DNA of 64,000 nucleotides. It comes from an uncultured Candidatus Poseidoniales archaeon (GTDB lineage: Archaea; Thermoplasmatota; Poseidoniia; Poseidoniales; Thalassarchaeaceae). The DNA lies in assembly GCA_963934015.1 (NCBI GenBank), contig CAWVWT010000001.1:120574-184573 (forward strand), given 5' to 3'. The notes below the pieces were generated by a model that ran no database searches, was not told the DNA's origin, and saw nothing but the letters and a program-made list of their open reading frames with translations. Shown piece by piece: positions 43,409 to 52,200 of this stretch. The translations under genes were made by a program, and so were the position numbers. Within the stretch, counting starts at the first letter, position 1. Every line of letters begins with the position of its first letter.

Positions 43409-44047
43409 ATGCCTTCCACCAGCCGCCTTGAGCACATGGGCTTGCTTCCTACTGGCTTCTGGGGTGCCGTAGATTCCTTTGTAGGGTGGGCAACAGATCT
43501 CGGTTTACCTGGACTTGCAATCCTCTCATTTACCGAGGCATTTATCCAACCCGTGCCACCTGAAGCTCTGACATTGCCTATGTTTATCGCAGCACAGGGC
43601 AACCCTGTGATGATTTTTCTCATCTGGGTGGTTGTTACACTCACCAGTGTTGCAGGGGCAATGTTCGGGTGGTGGTTGGGTAAATCGATTGGCCGGCCCT
43701 TTGCAGATCGGTACATCAAGCCAAAACACATTGCTAGGTTGGATGGATTGATTGCCAGATATGGTGATGCAGGGATTTTTATCGCAGCAATTTCGCCCCT
43801 CCCGTACAAAGTACTCGCTTGGATTGCTGGCATGGGTGAAATGGACTACCGACGATTCATCATCGCTGGCCTATGGGGTCGTGGTCTTCGCTTTGGCATC
43901 CAAGCTCTACTGATTGGGATTTGGGGTGATGAATTGCTTACAGCAATGAAAAGTCCATTGGTCTGGATTGTGTTGTGTATCGCCTTCGTCCTTGTTGCCG
44001 TCCCTTCCAAAAGATGGTGGGATGGCCTACTTGATGAGGAAGAATGA
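43409..44047 (+). CDS. DedA/VTT-family membrane protein
   Basis: ..GLPGLAILSFTEAFIQPVPPEAL.., GWWLGKSIGRPFADRYI and FIAAISPLPYKVLAWIAGM match the DedA consensus (G[YW]WLGRxxGRP, RFxPxxR region). Confidence 0.72.
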   Translation: MPSTSRLEHMGLLPTGFWGAVDSFVGWATDLGLPGLAILSFTEAFIQPVPPEALTLPMFIAAQGNPVMIFLIWVVVTLTSVAGAMFGWWLGKSIGRPFADRYIKPKHIARLDGLIARYGDAGIFIAAISPLPYKVLAWIAGMGEMDYRRFIIAGLWGRGLRFGIQALLIGIWGDELLTAMKSPLVWIVLCIAFVLVAVPSKRWWDGLLDEEE

Positions 44048-44088
44048 CCGAACCCCTCATCAACCCGATTGACTGCGGGAAGATTGTT

Positions 44089-44163
44089 GCTCGCGTGGTG
44101 TAGCTAGGCCCATCATGGTGGGTTTTCATCCCGCTGACTCGGGTTCGAATCCCGACGCGAGCA
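44089..44163 (+). tRNA. tRNA-Glu (anticodon TTC)
   Basis: Acceptor GCTCGCG/CGCGAGC is perfect. D-arm region TGGTGTAGCTAGGCCCATCAT. Anticodon stem GTGGG/CCCGC, loop TTTTCAT. T-arm TCGGG-TTCGAAT-CCCGA. Discriminator A. The architecture closely parallels Haloferax tRNA-Glu(UUC). Confidence 0.85.
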
Positions 44164-44269
44164 CCTAAACGTACCACCGAAAGCTGATACACCCCCTGGA
44201 ATAGGTCCTTTTTTCGATGCGAAGGGGCTAAACAGAGCACTTTTCAACCTCCTCGAACACACCCCGCAC

Positions 44270-44407
44270 ATGGTGGACTATTGTGAGGCGATTACCTGTC
44301 ATTGTGGATTCAAAGGGATGGCCGTACCTCGTCGACAACATATGGAATGCCCACAATGTGGTCACGTCATCGAAGCATGTTGTGAAGGTGCACCACTTTG
44401 GGAATAG
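44270..44407 (+). CDS. Small (45 aa) cysteine-rich putative zinc-finger/zinc-ribbon protein, not in the ORF track
   Basis: ATG 44270 to TAG 44407 gives MVDYCEAITCHCGFKGMAVPRRQHMECPQCGHVIEACCEGAPLWE. It has 8 Cys, including a CPQCGH knuckle and CxxxxCxC. Confidence 0.35.
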   Translation: MVDYCEAITCHCGFKGMAVPRRQHMECPQCGHVIEACCEGAPLWE

Positions 44408-45346
44408 TCACTGACGCTCTCTGTATGATGCAAGTAAGCCACTCAATAAAATACCCAATACAATGCCTACTTTCACCCCTTGAGTGTGGGCACCCTCGCC
44501 GGCTAAATCACGAAACGCAAATGCGAAGGCGATTGTGATTGGTCCACCCAAGAAAATGAATCTGAGAAACCATTTGATTACCGTCGGCGCATCGCCAATT
44601 GGACGCAATGTGACTGAACCTTTCTTCAGTAACAATTCCCAATTCAATTCACTTGTGACCTGTCGTAGCCTTTCAATCGTCATCGGACGTATTTTTGGGA
44701 CGGATTTTGAGTGTAACCCCCGGCCCGTGATTATTCGGACCCGTCCGAGCCAAGCACGTGAACCAATGATAAGTTCGAGAATGGTTTTTGATTGGTTCAA
44801 ATCCAAATCATGCAAATCAACGCTCAATACACCGCGATCTCGACGGACGTGGCTAGATATTGTCCAAGGGCGTTCATCGGCCCACGGCAGTGACGTCGCT
44901 GATTCCTCAATTGGGTGGAGGAGCATTTGCAATCGGTCTAATGGGTCGATATCGACGGTGTCTTCCGCTAATCTTCGATTGCGTTCAACATATCGCACCG
45001 ATGTGTAACTCAGGATGACAACCGTCGTTGAAACACCAACCATTCCACCGATACGTACCGATTGTTCAAGATTGGAAACATCCATCCCATTCGCAAAGAT
45101 GTGCATGAAGAAGGACATCGTACCAACCATGAGGCCCAATACTGTGGATAGAGAGAACAAGTCCCGCACCCTGAGGTCGGTCATTGACCACGCCGCTGTG
45201 TTGCCGGCTATGAATGGGGCGGCAGGGAAAACAATAGGAAGCACATTAGGTGCAATTGAGAGTCGAGCCGATATGGAGCCCCCCTTTCGTAATGGATTGG
45301 ATGGTCGAGACCGGGAAGTAAAGGTCAGCCGTTGGGTTTTCGGCAT
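44408..45346 (-). CDS. Polytopic membrane protein with a central Smr (MutS2-related small) domain
   Basis: ..RGVLSVDLHDLDLNQSKTILELIIGSRAWLGRVRIITGRGLHSKSVPKIRPMTIERLRQ.. matches the Smr consensus (DLHG..., ..IHGKG..S). It is flanked by TM segments on both sides (FSLSTVLGLMVGTMSFFMHIF, IGGMVGVSTTVVILSY, WFLRFIFLGGPITIAFAFAF, VGIVLGILLSGLLASY). The start may instead be Met55 at 45184. Confidence 0.55.
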   Translation of the reverse strand: MPKTQRLTFTSRSRPSNPLRKGGSISARLSIAPNVLPIVFPAAPFIAGNTAAWSMTDLRVRDLFSLSTVLGLMVGTMSFFMHIFANGMDVSNLEQSVRIGGMVGVSTTVVILSYTSVRYVERNRRLAEDTVDIDPLDRLQMLLHPIEESATSLPWADERPWTISSHVRRDRGVLSVDLHDLDLNQSKTILELIIGSRAWLGRVRIITGRGLHSKSVPKIRPMTIERLRQVTSELNWELLLKKGSVTLRPIGDAPTVIKWFLRFIFLGGPITIAFAFAFRDLAGEGAHTQGVKVGIVLGILLSGLLASYRERQ

Positions 45347-45368
45347 TGCTGGTTTCTATTGTATTTCG

Positions 45369-46049
45369 ATGTTTTTGGTTCCATTGATGATGCCTACTGA
45401 TTCAGTCCCTGAGCTTTCAGGGAGAGCGAATATGATGGATTATGCATCAGGGGACTCTTGGGGGAATCATGACCATTTTGATGACGGTGAAATGGGTCAT
45501 AATCAAAGCGCCCACGGTGGAACGTTCGCTTGGTCCGACCTAAATCCATACTATGCCTTCATCTATGCTTTTGGCGACCTGAATTGCCATCAAAAACATG
45601 AGAGATCTTGGACAATAAATGGAAACCAGATGCCTGTTTGCACCCGTGACGTTGGCATCTTTCTCGGACTTGCACTCGGTGGATGGTGGTTCTCCAGACG
45701 TGGCCTCAATAGATGGACCATACGTGACTCATTTTTGACTCTATTTCCCGATACAATGATTGCCCCACTCTACAAAAGTGATCGGCGATTGTCTGCAATG
45801 GTTGGAACCTGTTTGCTGTTTTGTTTACCTGTCGTTCTCGATGGTGGAATCCAAGCGATCACTGCATACGAATCCATCAACCCGGTGCGCATAACCACCG
45901 GCATCCCATTCGGCTTTATCATCGGGTGGTACCTGTGTGCAAGTTTGTCATCTAGACCCGAAAAATTCAACCTCGATGCTACAATAGTTCAACTTCCCGC
46001 AGGTGCACGTTTGTCGATTGCAGAGCCTACCAGGGATGAGAGCGAATAA
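45369..46049 (+). CDS. DUF2085-family metal-binding integral membrane protein
   Basis: YAFIYAFGDLNCHQKHERSWTINGNQMPVCTRDVGIFLGLALGGWW matches the DUF2085 core (CHQ...RS...PvC.R..GI). The track ORF starts at 45015 and its first ~118 codons are antisense to the Smr gene, so it was trimmed to ATG 45369. Alternatives are 45273 and 45435. Confidence 0.55.
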   Translation: MFLVPLMMPTDSVPELSGRANMMDYASGDSWGNHDHFDDGEMGHNQSAHGGTFAWSDLNPYYAFIYAFGDLNCHQKHERSWTINGNQMPVCTRDVGIFLGLALGGWWFSRRGLNRWTIRDSFLTLFPDTMIAPLYKSDRRLSAMVGTCLLFCLPVVLDGGIQAITAYESINPVRITTGIPFGFIIGWYLCASLSSRPEKFNLDATIVQLPAGARLSIAEPTRDESE

Positions 46050-47390
46050 TCAAACAGCGCCATTCTGCCACCAAGCAAGAAGTTCTTCACGAGTACTCGG
46101 TGGTGATACATCTGCTTTACCCGAACCAAGTATAGCCAAGCGGGCAATGCAGGAATCCGCTGCGCTGGGATTGGATGACAATGCAGCACTGAGCCCATGT
46201 TTCCAAGATGACCTGGCATGGGTACGTCGCCATTCTGAGAGAGTTTCTTTCAACGGCCATAGTGCAATACCAATTCGACCGAATGCTTGCCAATCAGATC
46301 GCAATTCAGAGCGTGAGGCATCACTACCCACAAGTGAACGATATACCCTGACCCAACCAGATTGTTCGTGAAAAATTTTCACCATGCGCCGAGTGTGCCG
46401 TTCCGTGACCATTCGAACCGGACCAAGCCATGCGCGTAATTCATGAATTTCAACACTGGGTAGCAAGGAAAGGGTTCCGACAATTGCGAGTACAGGGTGA
46501 CTCAGAGGATCAAGTGGAGCATCAAGTCTAGAGGGGGCATCGGATGCTTGAATCGCACCGATGTAAATTTGTGTTGAATCCCTCACAATTTCCCACGGTT
46601 TACTTGAGTCAAGCCAATCTAAATTACTGCGAGCAGGCCGAGATTCAACAACATCAAGAGTTGTTTGCCCACGTTGTGAGGACAAAGCGCGCCCCAACAT
46701 ATGCAGCTCAACTTCTTCAGTTGAGACATTGATTGGCGGTGGACGCTCATGGAGAAATCGCCTAATTTCAAATTGTAACTTCTTACGCAAATCATCTTTC
46801 GTACCATCATTAACAATTGGTCCAACAACGCGTCCCAAATCAAACGGTTTTGGCATTGGGACAACGCCACCTAACAAATCGTGGTACCCTTGGCGGATTC
46901 TGACTTGATATTCATCGGTTTCAAAATATTCAGTTTTATCAAGCGTAAGCCGGAGTGTGTCGTGTTTAATTCGACGCAACGCTGCACCAGGATCGCAATC
47001 GACCCAGATGCATAAGTCTGGAATCATTGCAGCCGCATTCATTTGAGCCACCTCCTCTATTCCAAGGTCGCCCACTACACCTTGATAGACCAAAGAAGAG
47101 TGGATATTTCGCTCACTGACAACCACACGGCCTTGCCCCAAGCGTGGACGAATCCAAGTGTGGGAATGGTCCATTCGATCGGCTGCAAAATATACCGCTT
47201 CACGGGTTGGACCTGCATCGCCGGTACGAACGGCTTCAACTGCCATCAATCCGAGTTCAGCATTCCTGCGAGGTTCGGCAGTCACATCGACGCCGGCAAA
47301 GGTGAATTCTTTTTGCAGAATTTCTGCAATCATTTTGGTAGCCAGCCCTTTGCCCGAACCATCGCCGCCCTCTACGGTAATCAGGTACAT
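46050..47390 (-). CDS. Thymidylate kinase-like N-domain (degenerate P-loop) fused to a ~230-aa basic C-terminal domain of unknown function
   Basis: N-terminus MYLITVEGGDGSGKGLATK.. resembles the dTMP kinase P-loop, but GKG replaces GK[ST]. The FAADRMDH (DR motif) and LID-like region are present. The C-terminal half is R/W/H-rich and basic, with no recognisable motif. Confidence 0.7.
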   Translation of the reverse strand: MYLITVEGGDGSGKGLATKMIAEILQKEFTFAGVDVTAEPRRNAELGLMAVEAVRTGDAGPTREAVYFAADRMDHSHTWIRPRLGQGRVVVSERNIHSSLVYQGVVGDLGIEEVAQMNAAAMIPDLCIWVDCDPGAALRRIKHDTLRLTLDKTEYFETDEYQVRIRQGYHDLLGGVVPMPKPFDLGRVVGPIVNDGTKDDLRKKLQFEIRRFLHERPPPINVSTEEVELHMLGRALSSQRGQTTLDVVESRPARSNLDWLDSSKPWEIVRDSTQIYIGAIQASDAPSRLDAPLDPLSHPVLAIVGTLSLLPSVEIHELRAWLGPVRMVTERHTRRMVKIFHEQSGWVRVYRSLVGSDASRSELRSDWQAFGRIGIALWPLKETLSEWRRTHARSSWKHGLSAALSSNPSAADSCIARLAILGSGKADVSPPSTREELLAWWQNGAV

Positions 47391-47399
47391 CTTCGCACC

Positions 47400-48179
47400 T
47401 CAATTCTCGTCTTCTTCGGAATCTTCGAAATGTTTCTTGGTGGCTGAAAGCATTCCCATACCTGCTAAAATTAACATTGGACCGATGAAAATTCCACCAC
47501 GGCTGAACAATGCGATTCCGCATAGATACTGAGTCCTGCGGTAATGCTTCCCGCGCCTGGCTTCAGCCGCACCAGCTAGGCCGAATAAGGCAGAGATGAC
47601 TGTCAATGATGCAACCACAGATGCCAGTAAAACTGCACTCTCAAGATGGGAATCTCGTCGCAAATCTTCTTCGATGACACCTTCGCCGGGAGTCATGGTA
47701 AGTGAAATATCAGCTTGTTCGCCAGGATTGAACGTAATGCGGAGGGTTTTGTTGCCGGAATGTGCCACCTTGAGAATGTATGATTCTTCTTGGGGTACCT
47801 CTAACATCGAAAAACGGCCATCCCTATTGGTGTAAGCGCTATGGCCGGTGGGTTCATCATCAATATTCAGCAAAATGACTTGTATACCTTCAATCGGATC
47901 CCCGCCTGTGAGGTTAGCCTCATCGACTGCAGACAATAATTGACCATTGACTGTCGCAGTATTTTGATCAATGAATAGAGGGTTTTCAAGGACATCTTGG
48001 GGGTCCGCTGCAAACAGTAAGGCACCGAACCAGAGGCCCATTAGTGAGCCGACAATAATCAGGCTTACTGCAACATTTCCGGACCACTCAAGTGCATCAT
48101 CCTGAGAGCCGCGTCGGGCTGCTGCTTCGACTTCATCATCGATATCCAAACGGACAACAAGATCTTCATCGTCACTCAT
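47400..48179 (-). CDS. Membrane protein with an extracellular carboxypeptidase-regulatory-like (CarbopepD_reg) beta-sandwich
   Basis: Acidic N-terminus, then TM (VAVSLIIVGSLMGLWFGALLF). The extracellular segment ..GIQVILLNIDDEPTGHSAYTNRDGRFSMLEVPQEESYILKV.. is CarbopepD_reg-like. Two or three C-terminal TMs follow. ATGA-type overlaps link it to both neighbours. Confidence 0.5.
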   Translation of the reverse strand: MSDDEDLVVRLDIDDEVEAAARRGSQDDALEWSGNVAVSLIIVGSLMGLWFGALLFAADPQDVLENPLFIDQNTATVNGQLLSAVDEANLTGGDPIEGIQVILLNIDDEPTGHSAYTNRDGRFSMLEVPQEESYILKVAHSGNKTLRITFNPGEQADISLTMTPGEGVIEEDLRRDSHLESAVLLASVVASLTVISALFGLAGAAEARRGKHYRRTQYLCGIALFSRGGIFIGPMLILAGMGMLSATKKHFEDSEEDEN

Positions 48180-49159
48180 TTTGGTGGCCCCCCATTACGT
48201 GGGTTGCGTCCGCCGTCCTTCAAGGTCATGGTGATTAGAATCACGACTGCAATCAGCAAGATGGCTAGAATGATTTCTGAATAAATTGGATCTACACTAC
48301 TTGCCGTAGATTCAGGAGACCCAACTTCTGGTTCGGGTTCAGGAAGTGGGGGGTGTTCAGGCACTGTGAAAGTTACATTGTACATGTTCGACCAGTATTT
48401 ACCTGTAATCCACAATGATTGTGTTGTAGAATCAAAGGCGATGCCATTCAGAACGCCTCCCCCTTCAGGTTTCAAACCACTTGCATCAATATGTTCTACA
48501 ACCACACCCGAAACCAAATCGATGGTTACAATCTCCTCTGTCTGGTAGATGTTTGCCATCAACAATCCATTCACGATTTCAAGTTCATTGATACGGCTGA
48601 TTGATTCATTGTTTAGCGTGACATTGAGTGTAGACTCCAATTCAAATGTTGAAGCGTTTCTAAATTGTAGAACATTGGAACCATTGGACATGATGAGGTG
48701 GGTGCCATCGTAGGCCAGACCCCAACCTTCACCGCCATAGGAATAATTCGCGATAACTTCGAACGTTTCCATATCGTACCGATAGGCGATACCCTCTTTC
48801 CAAGTGAGTTGGATAATTTCATCCCCTACAAATGTCATACCCTCGCCAAATTCGCTGGCATCCAAATTGATTGAGCGGATGATTTCGCCGGTTGAATGAT
48901 TCACTTCGCGCAGTGTCGAATTACCGTACTTTCCGGTTGATTCAAACAATCGATCACCGTAAAATTCCAATCCTTGTGTATATGCGGTTGAATCATGCGA
49001 AACATTGTCTTGTTCAACAACCACATATGACTCGGCTCGGACATACGCTGAATCGCCGTCTTGTGCCCCCATAATAGGGGTTGAAGATAGCAAAAATAGG
49101 GTGGTGCACAAGACCGCCAATACACCCCGCCCCCCGAGCATGTATGAACAATGCTCCAC
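48176..49159 (-). CDS. Glutaminyl-peptide cyclotransferase (plant/bacterial beta-propeller type, PF05096-like), secreted and anchored by a C-terminal PE linker and TM
   Basis: YTQGLEFYGDRLFESTGKYGNSTLREVNHSTGEI...FGEGMTFVGDEIIQLTWKEGIAYRYD...YGGEGWGLAYDGTHLIMSNGSNVLQF...VLNGIAFDSTTQSLWITGKYW is near-colinear with plant-type glutaminyl cyclase. Signal peptide present. C-terminus is PEPEPEV...IILAILLIAVVILITMTLK followed by a basic tail. Confidence 0.78.
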   Translation of the reverse strand: MEHCSYMLGGRGVLAVLCTTLFLLSSTPIMGAQDGDSAYVRAESYVVVEQDNVSHDSTAYTQGLEFYGDRLFESTGKYGNSTLREVNHSTGEIIRSINLDASEFGEGMTFVGDEIIQLTWKEGIAYRYDMETFEVIANYSYGGEGWGLAYDGTHLIMSNGSNVLQFRNASTFELESTLNVTLNNESISRINELEIVNGLLMANIYQTEEIVTIDLVSGVVVEHIDASGLKPEGGGVLNGIAFDSTTQSLWITGKYWSNMYNVTFTVPEHPPLPEPEPEVGSPESTASSVDPIYSEIILAILLIAVVILITMTLKDGGRNPRNGGPPK

Positions 49160-49165
49160 CTTGTG

Positions 49166-49173
49166 TTAAATAC
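49166..49173 (+). promoter_or_regulatory. TATA-like box (GTTAAATA) for the PKD-metalloprotease gene
   Basis: It lies about 54 nt upstream of ATG 49227. AGGTGA (SD-like) sits at 49217-49222. Confidence 0.35.
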
Positions 49174-49192
49174 CTGCTCGGGTCAAAGTCAA

Positions 49193-49216
49193 CGCGGAAC
49201 ACGTAGTGTTCCCGCG
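49193..49216. promoter_or_regulatory. Imperfect palindrome CGCGGAACAC-GTA-GTGTTCCCGCG between the TATA box and the start codon (operator-like)
   Basis: Core GGAACAC-gta-GTGTTCC is a perfect 7-bp inverted repeat. CGC/GCG extensions flank it around one bulged C. Confidence 0.35.
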
Positions 49217-49226
49217 AGGTGACTAA

Positions 49227-52200
49227 ATGTCCGCTGGCAACCGCTCCCAATGTCTATTCTTGGTTTCACTGATGATTCTGGTATCTTGGGTACCTTTTGC
49301 CGCTGCAAACGATGGAGATTCAAACCCTGAATACACCTCAGCGGGTGGGCTTTTCTACAATCTAGATGAATTTGACCCGATGGCCAATGGAAAGCCGTAC
49401 CTCTTTGCTGGTGGCGAAGATGAACTCATATTCAGTGCCACCCGGCACCTCAAGCAACAATGGGCTGATGAGGGCTATCCTGGGCTTGTATTACCCTTTG
49501 AAGAAACGGCCACAAGTGCAAGAACAGCTGGACGTGCTTGTGAGAATGCGTGGACGGCAGGGGAAACCGGAACAGTACAAACCACAGCTGGTCAAATCCA
49601 GATTTCGGCCATGCATGTGACGGCAAATGCTGCAATCCTCATCGAAAATGGGCAATCGGTCTCATCAACTACATTGAATAACATCGGTTCGACTTGGGAA
49701 ACCACCATTTTCCCAACGAATACAAACTACTTCGGAAACCCCCCTGATGTTGACAACAATTGCCAGATTGAAATCGTCATCTACGCGATTGATGGCGGGG
49801 CAAACATTGGAGGATATTTCATGCCCAGTATGTCATCTACACGTGAAATAATCTACGTTGACATCGATGATCTGTCATGGCGAAATACAATCCTTGCACA
49901 CGAATTTCAGCACCTTCTTCACAACGCCCGTGATCCTTTCGAATACATCTGGATTGACGAAGGGAATGCAGATATGGCGGCTTTCCTCTGTTTTGGTGCC
50001 TCTAATGCAGTCATCGGACACGCCAATGCGTGGACGCAGAATGCCAGCGCTTCCGTTCGATGGTGGAATCAGCGCATTGGTGACTACGGCGCCGGCTTCA
50101 TGTTCATGCTCTTCCTGGCTGACAATCTCGGCGGTGGTTCTGCCATCCGCCAATTGGTTTCAGATACACTAACAGGTGGACAAGGTATTGAAGATTTAGC
50201 CCAAACTTTGGGTCCAAGTGGGACCCCTATTGGAACCACGATGACAGATATTTTCGCTAACTTTACCGCGTCGGTCACCCTTGACCATGGAACTCAAGCT
50301 GAATTTGGTCTCGACAATATCGACATGTATGAAACCTGCGGGAATAATCAATTCTGCCGGATACAACTTTCAGGATCAAATCTGAATTGGGCAGGAATAT
50401 GGCAAAGTGGAACCCAAGATATTGAAGGATGGGGGGTGCATGCATTCCGATTCTTGGATGGTACAGGTACACCACTGAACATCATGATTCAACCCAGTGA
50501 ATTGGGTTTTGCTGCAACAGTATTGACGCATGATGCAGCGGCTGGAACTTGGTCGATGGAGCAATTACGCTTCGACGAATTAACTGGGATTGGTACCGCA
50601 TTAATCCCTAGTTTTGGCAATGCAACTGATGACGTCTACCTCATTGTTTGGTACGAGAGTGGAGTCGACGATTGCGATTATACCAGCCCTAATTGCGCAT
50701 TCCCAGGGGGTGCTGAATATCCAATCGCCACTTTTGATGTGACGGCAGGAATCATCAGCCAACCCGCTGAAATTACAGTGACACAAGAAATCAAAACCGA
50801 TCGTGACGAGGACGGGGATGTCGACACTGTCGAAGCAACTGTTGATGTGATATCATCCGCTTTCTACGAAGTTCTGGACATCGAGGTCAAGGCTTACGAA
50901 AACAATACCCTACATGATTCATCAGAATTCTCTATTGAGGCAGGCGATACAGTTCCAGTTGGGTCAACAAACCAAACGATTTGGTACACCCCACCTTGGG
51001 ATGGTGATTGGACACTGCATTTCACGATGCGGAATCAAATCGGGGAAATTGTCGACGAGGCCCTTACCCTACCCATTACATTGGCAAACATGGCACCTGT
51101 CGCTGAAGGGAGTGCCGCTGCGAATGCAACCCAAACATGGTTGCCACTGCAGTTCTTTGGTGCGGGTTACGACCTTTGGGGATTAGGGCTAACCAATGAA
51201 TCATTTTCCCACAACGAAACACCAGTTGGTTACAATTGGAATTTCGGGGACAACTTACCTGGCTCTGGACTCAAGGACCCCATGCGTTCTTGGCAGAATC
51301 CAGGCATGTACAATGTCACCCTCACGGTTGTTGATCAAGGAGGCGCTATTAGTGCAATCCAAACCTGGGAAATTAGTGTCAACGACACCGAGCCACCAAC
51401 CCCCCGGATCGATGTAGGCTCCCCTCCTGCCGCAATTTCCGACCCCTATACACTCCTCACATCGCAGCGTGTACAATTCTCAGCAGCTAGAAGTGAAGAC
51501 AATGTTCCACTCAATCAATTGACATTTACATGGGACTTTGGTGACGGGACCATCCTCAGTGGCCAAGGCCTCTATGATGTGTCACATGAATGGGACATCG
51601 GCTCATCGAATGGGACCCCCTACAATCTCACATTGCATGTAGACGATGGCACACATGTGGCAAATATGTCGGTTACCATTTTGATTATGAATCGTGTACC
51701 ACGACAGGTTTGGTTTGAGGATTTGCAAACCTCAACCCTGACACCATTGGATCTACCAACGGTGTTTACCGATGATGATGGTGCAATCATGGCAACAGAT
51801 TGGTGGTTTGATGAAAACGTCAATTTCGATGGTGGAATCGTAACGATGTCTTCGCCTTTTGTTGACAATCATTCCACAGACACCAACCCCGTGCCCGCTT
51901 GGGCAACACCCGGTTGGAAAAATGTCACAATCTTTGCGACTGATGATTCAGGTGATGTGAGTTGGACTGTGTTACACATTGAAGTCCTAAACCAGCGACC
52001 TGTAGCAATTTTCCCTCGCCCAGATGATGGGGCGACCAATACGATGTACACATTCCTATCCTCGTCGTTCGACCCCGATGGAAATTCAGGAAACATGAGT
52101 CACAACTGGACCATCTCTGGAATCCAAGACCCAATTACAAACAACCAAGTCAATCACATGTTCACTGAACCGGGCGTCTACAGCGTGACCTTAATCGTGA

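Noticed and set aside
43333-43833. 166-aa minus-strand ORF overlapping the DedA gene
   Set aside because: It is antisense to a protein with strong DedA-family motifs. The sequence is low-complexity and basic, unlike the rest of the proteome.
44484-45346. Plus-strand ORFs 44484-45008 and the 5' third of 45015-46049
   Set aside because: They are antisense to the Smr-domain membrane protein and have no hydrophobic or conserved features. The DUF2085 gene was therefore trimmed to start at 45369.
44089-47390. tRNA-Glu-associated integrated element (small Cys protein, Smr membrane protein, DUF2085, Tmk-like)
   Set aside because: No integrase, no visible direct repeat of the tRNA 3' end, and flanking genes are ordinary housekeeping or membrane genes. 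Kept only as individual observations.
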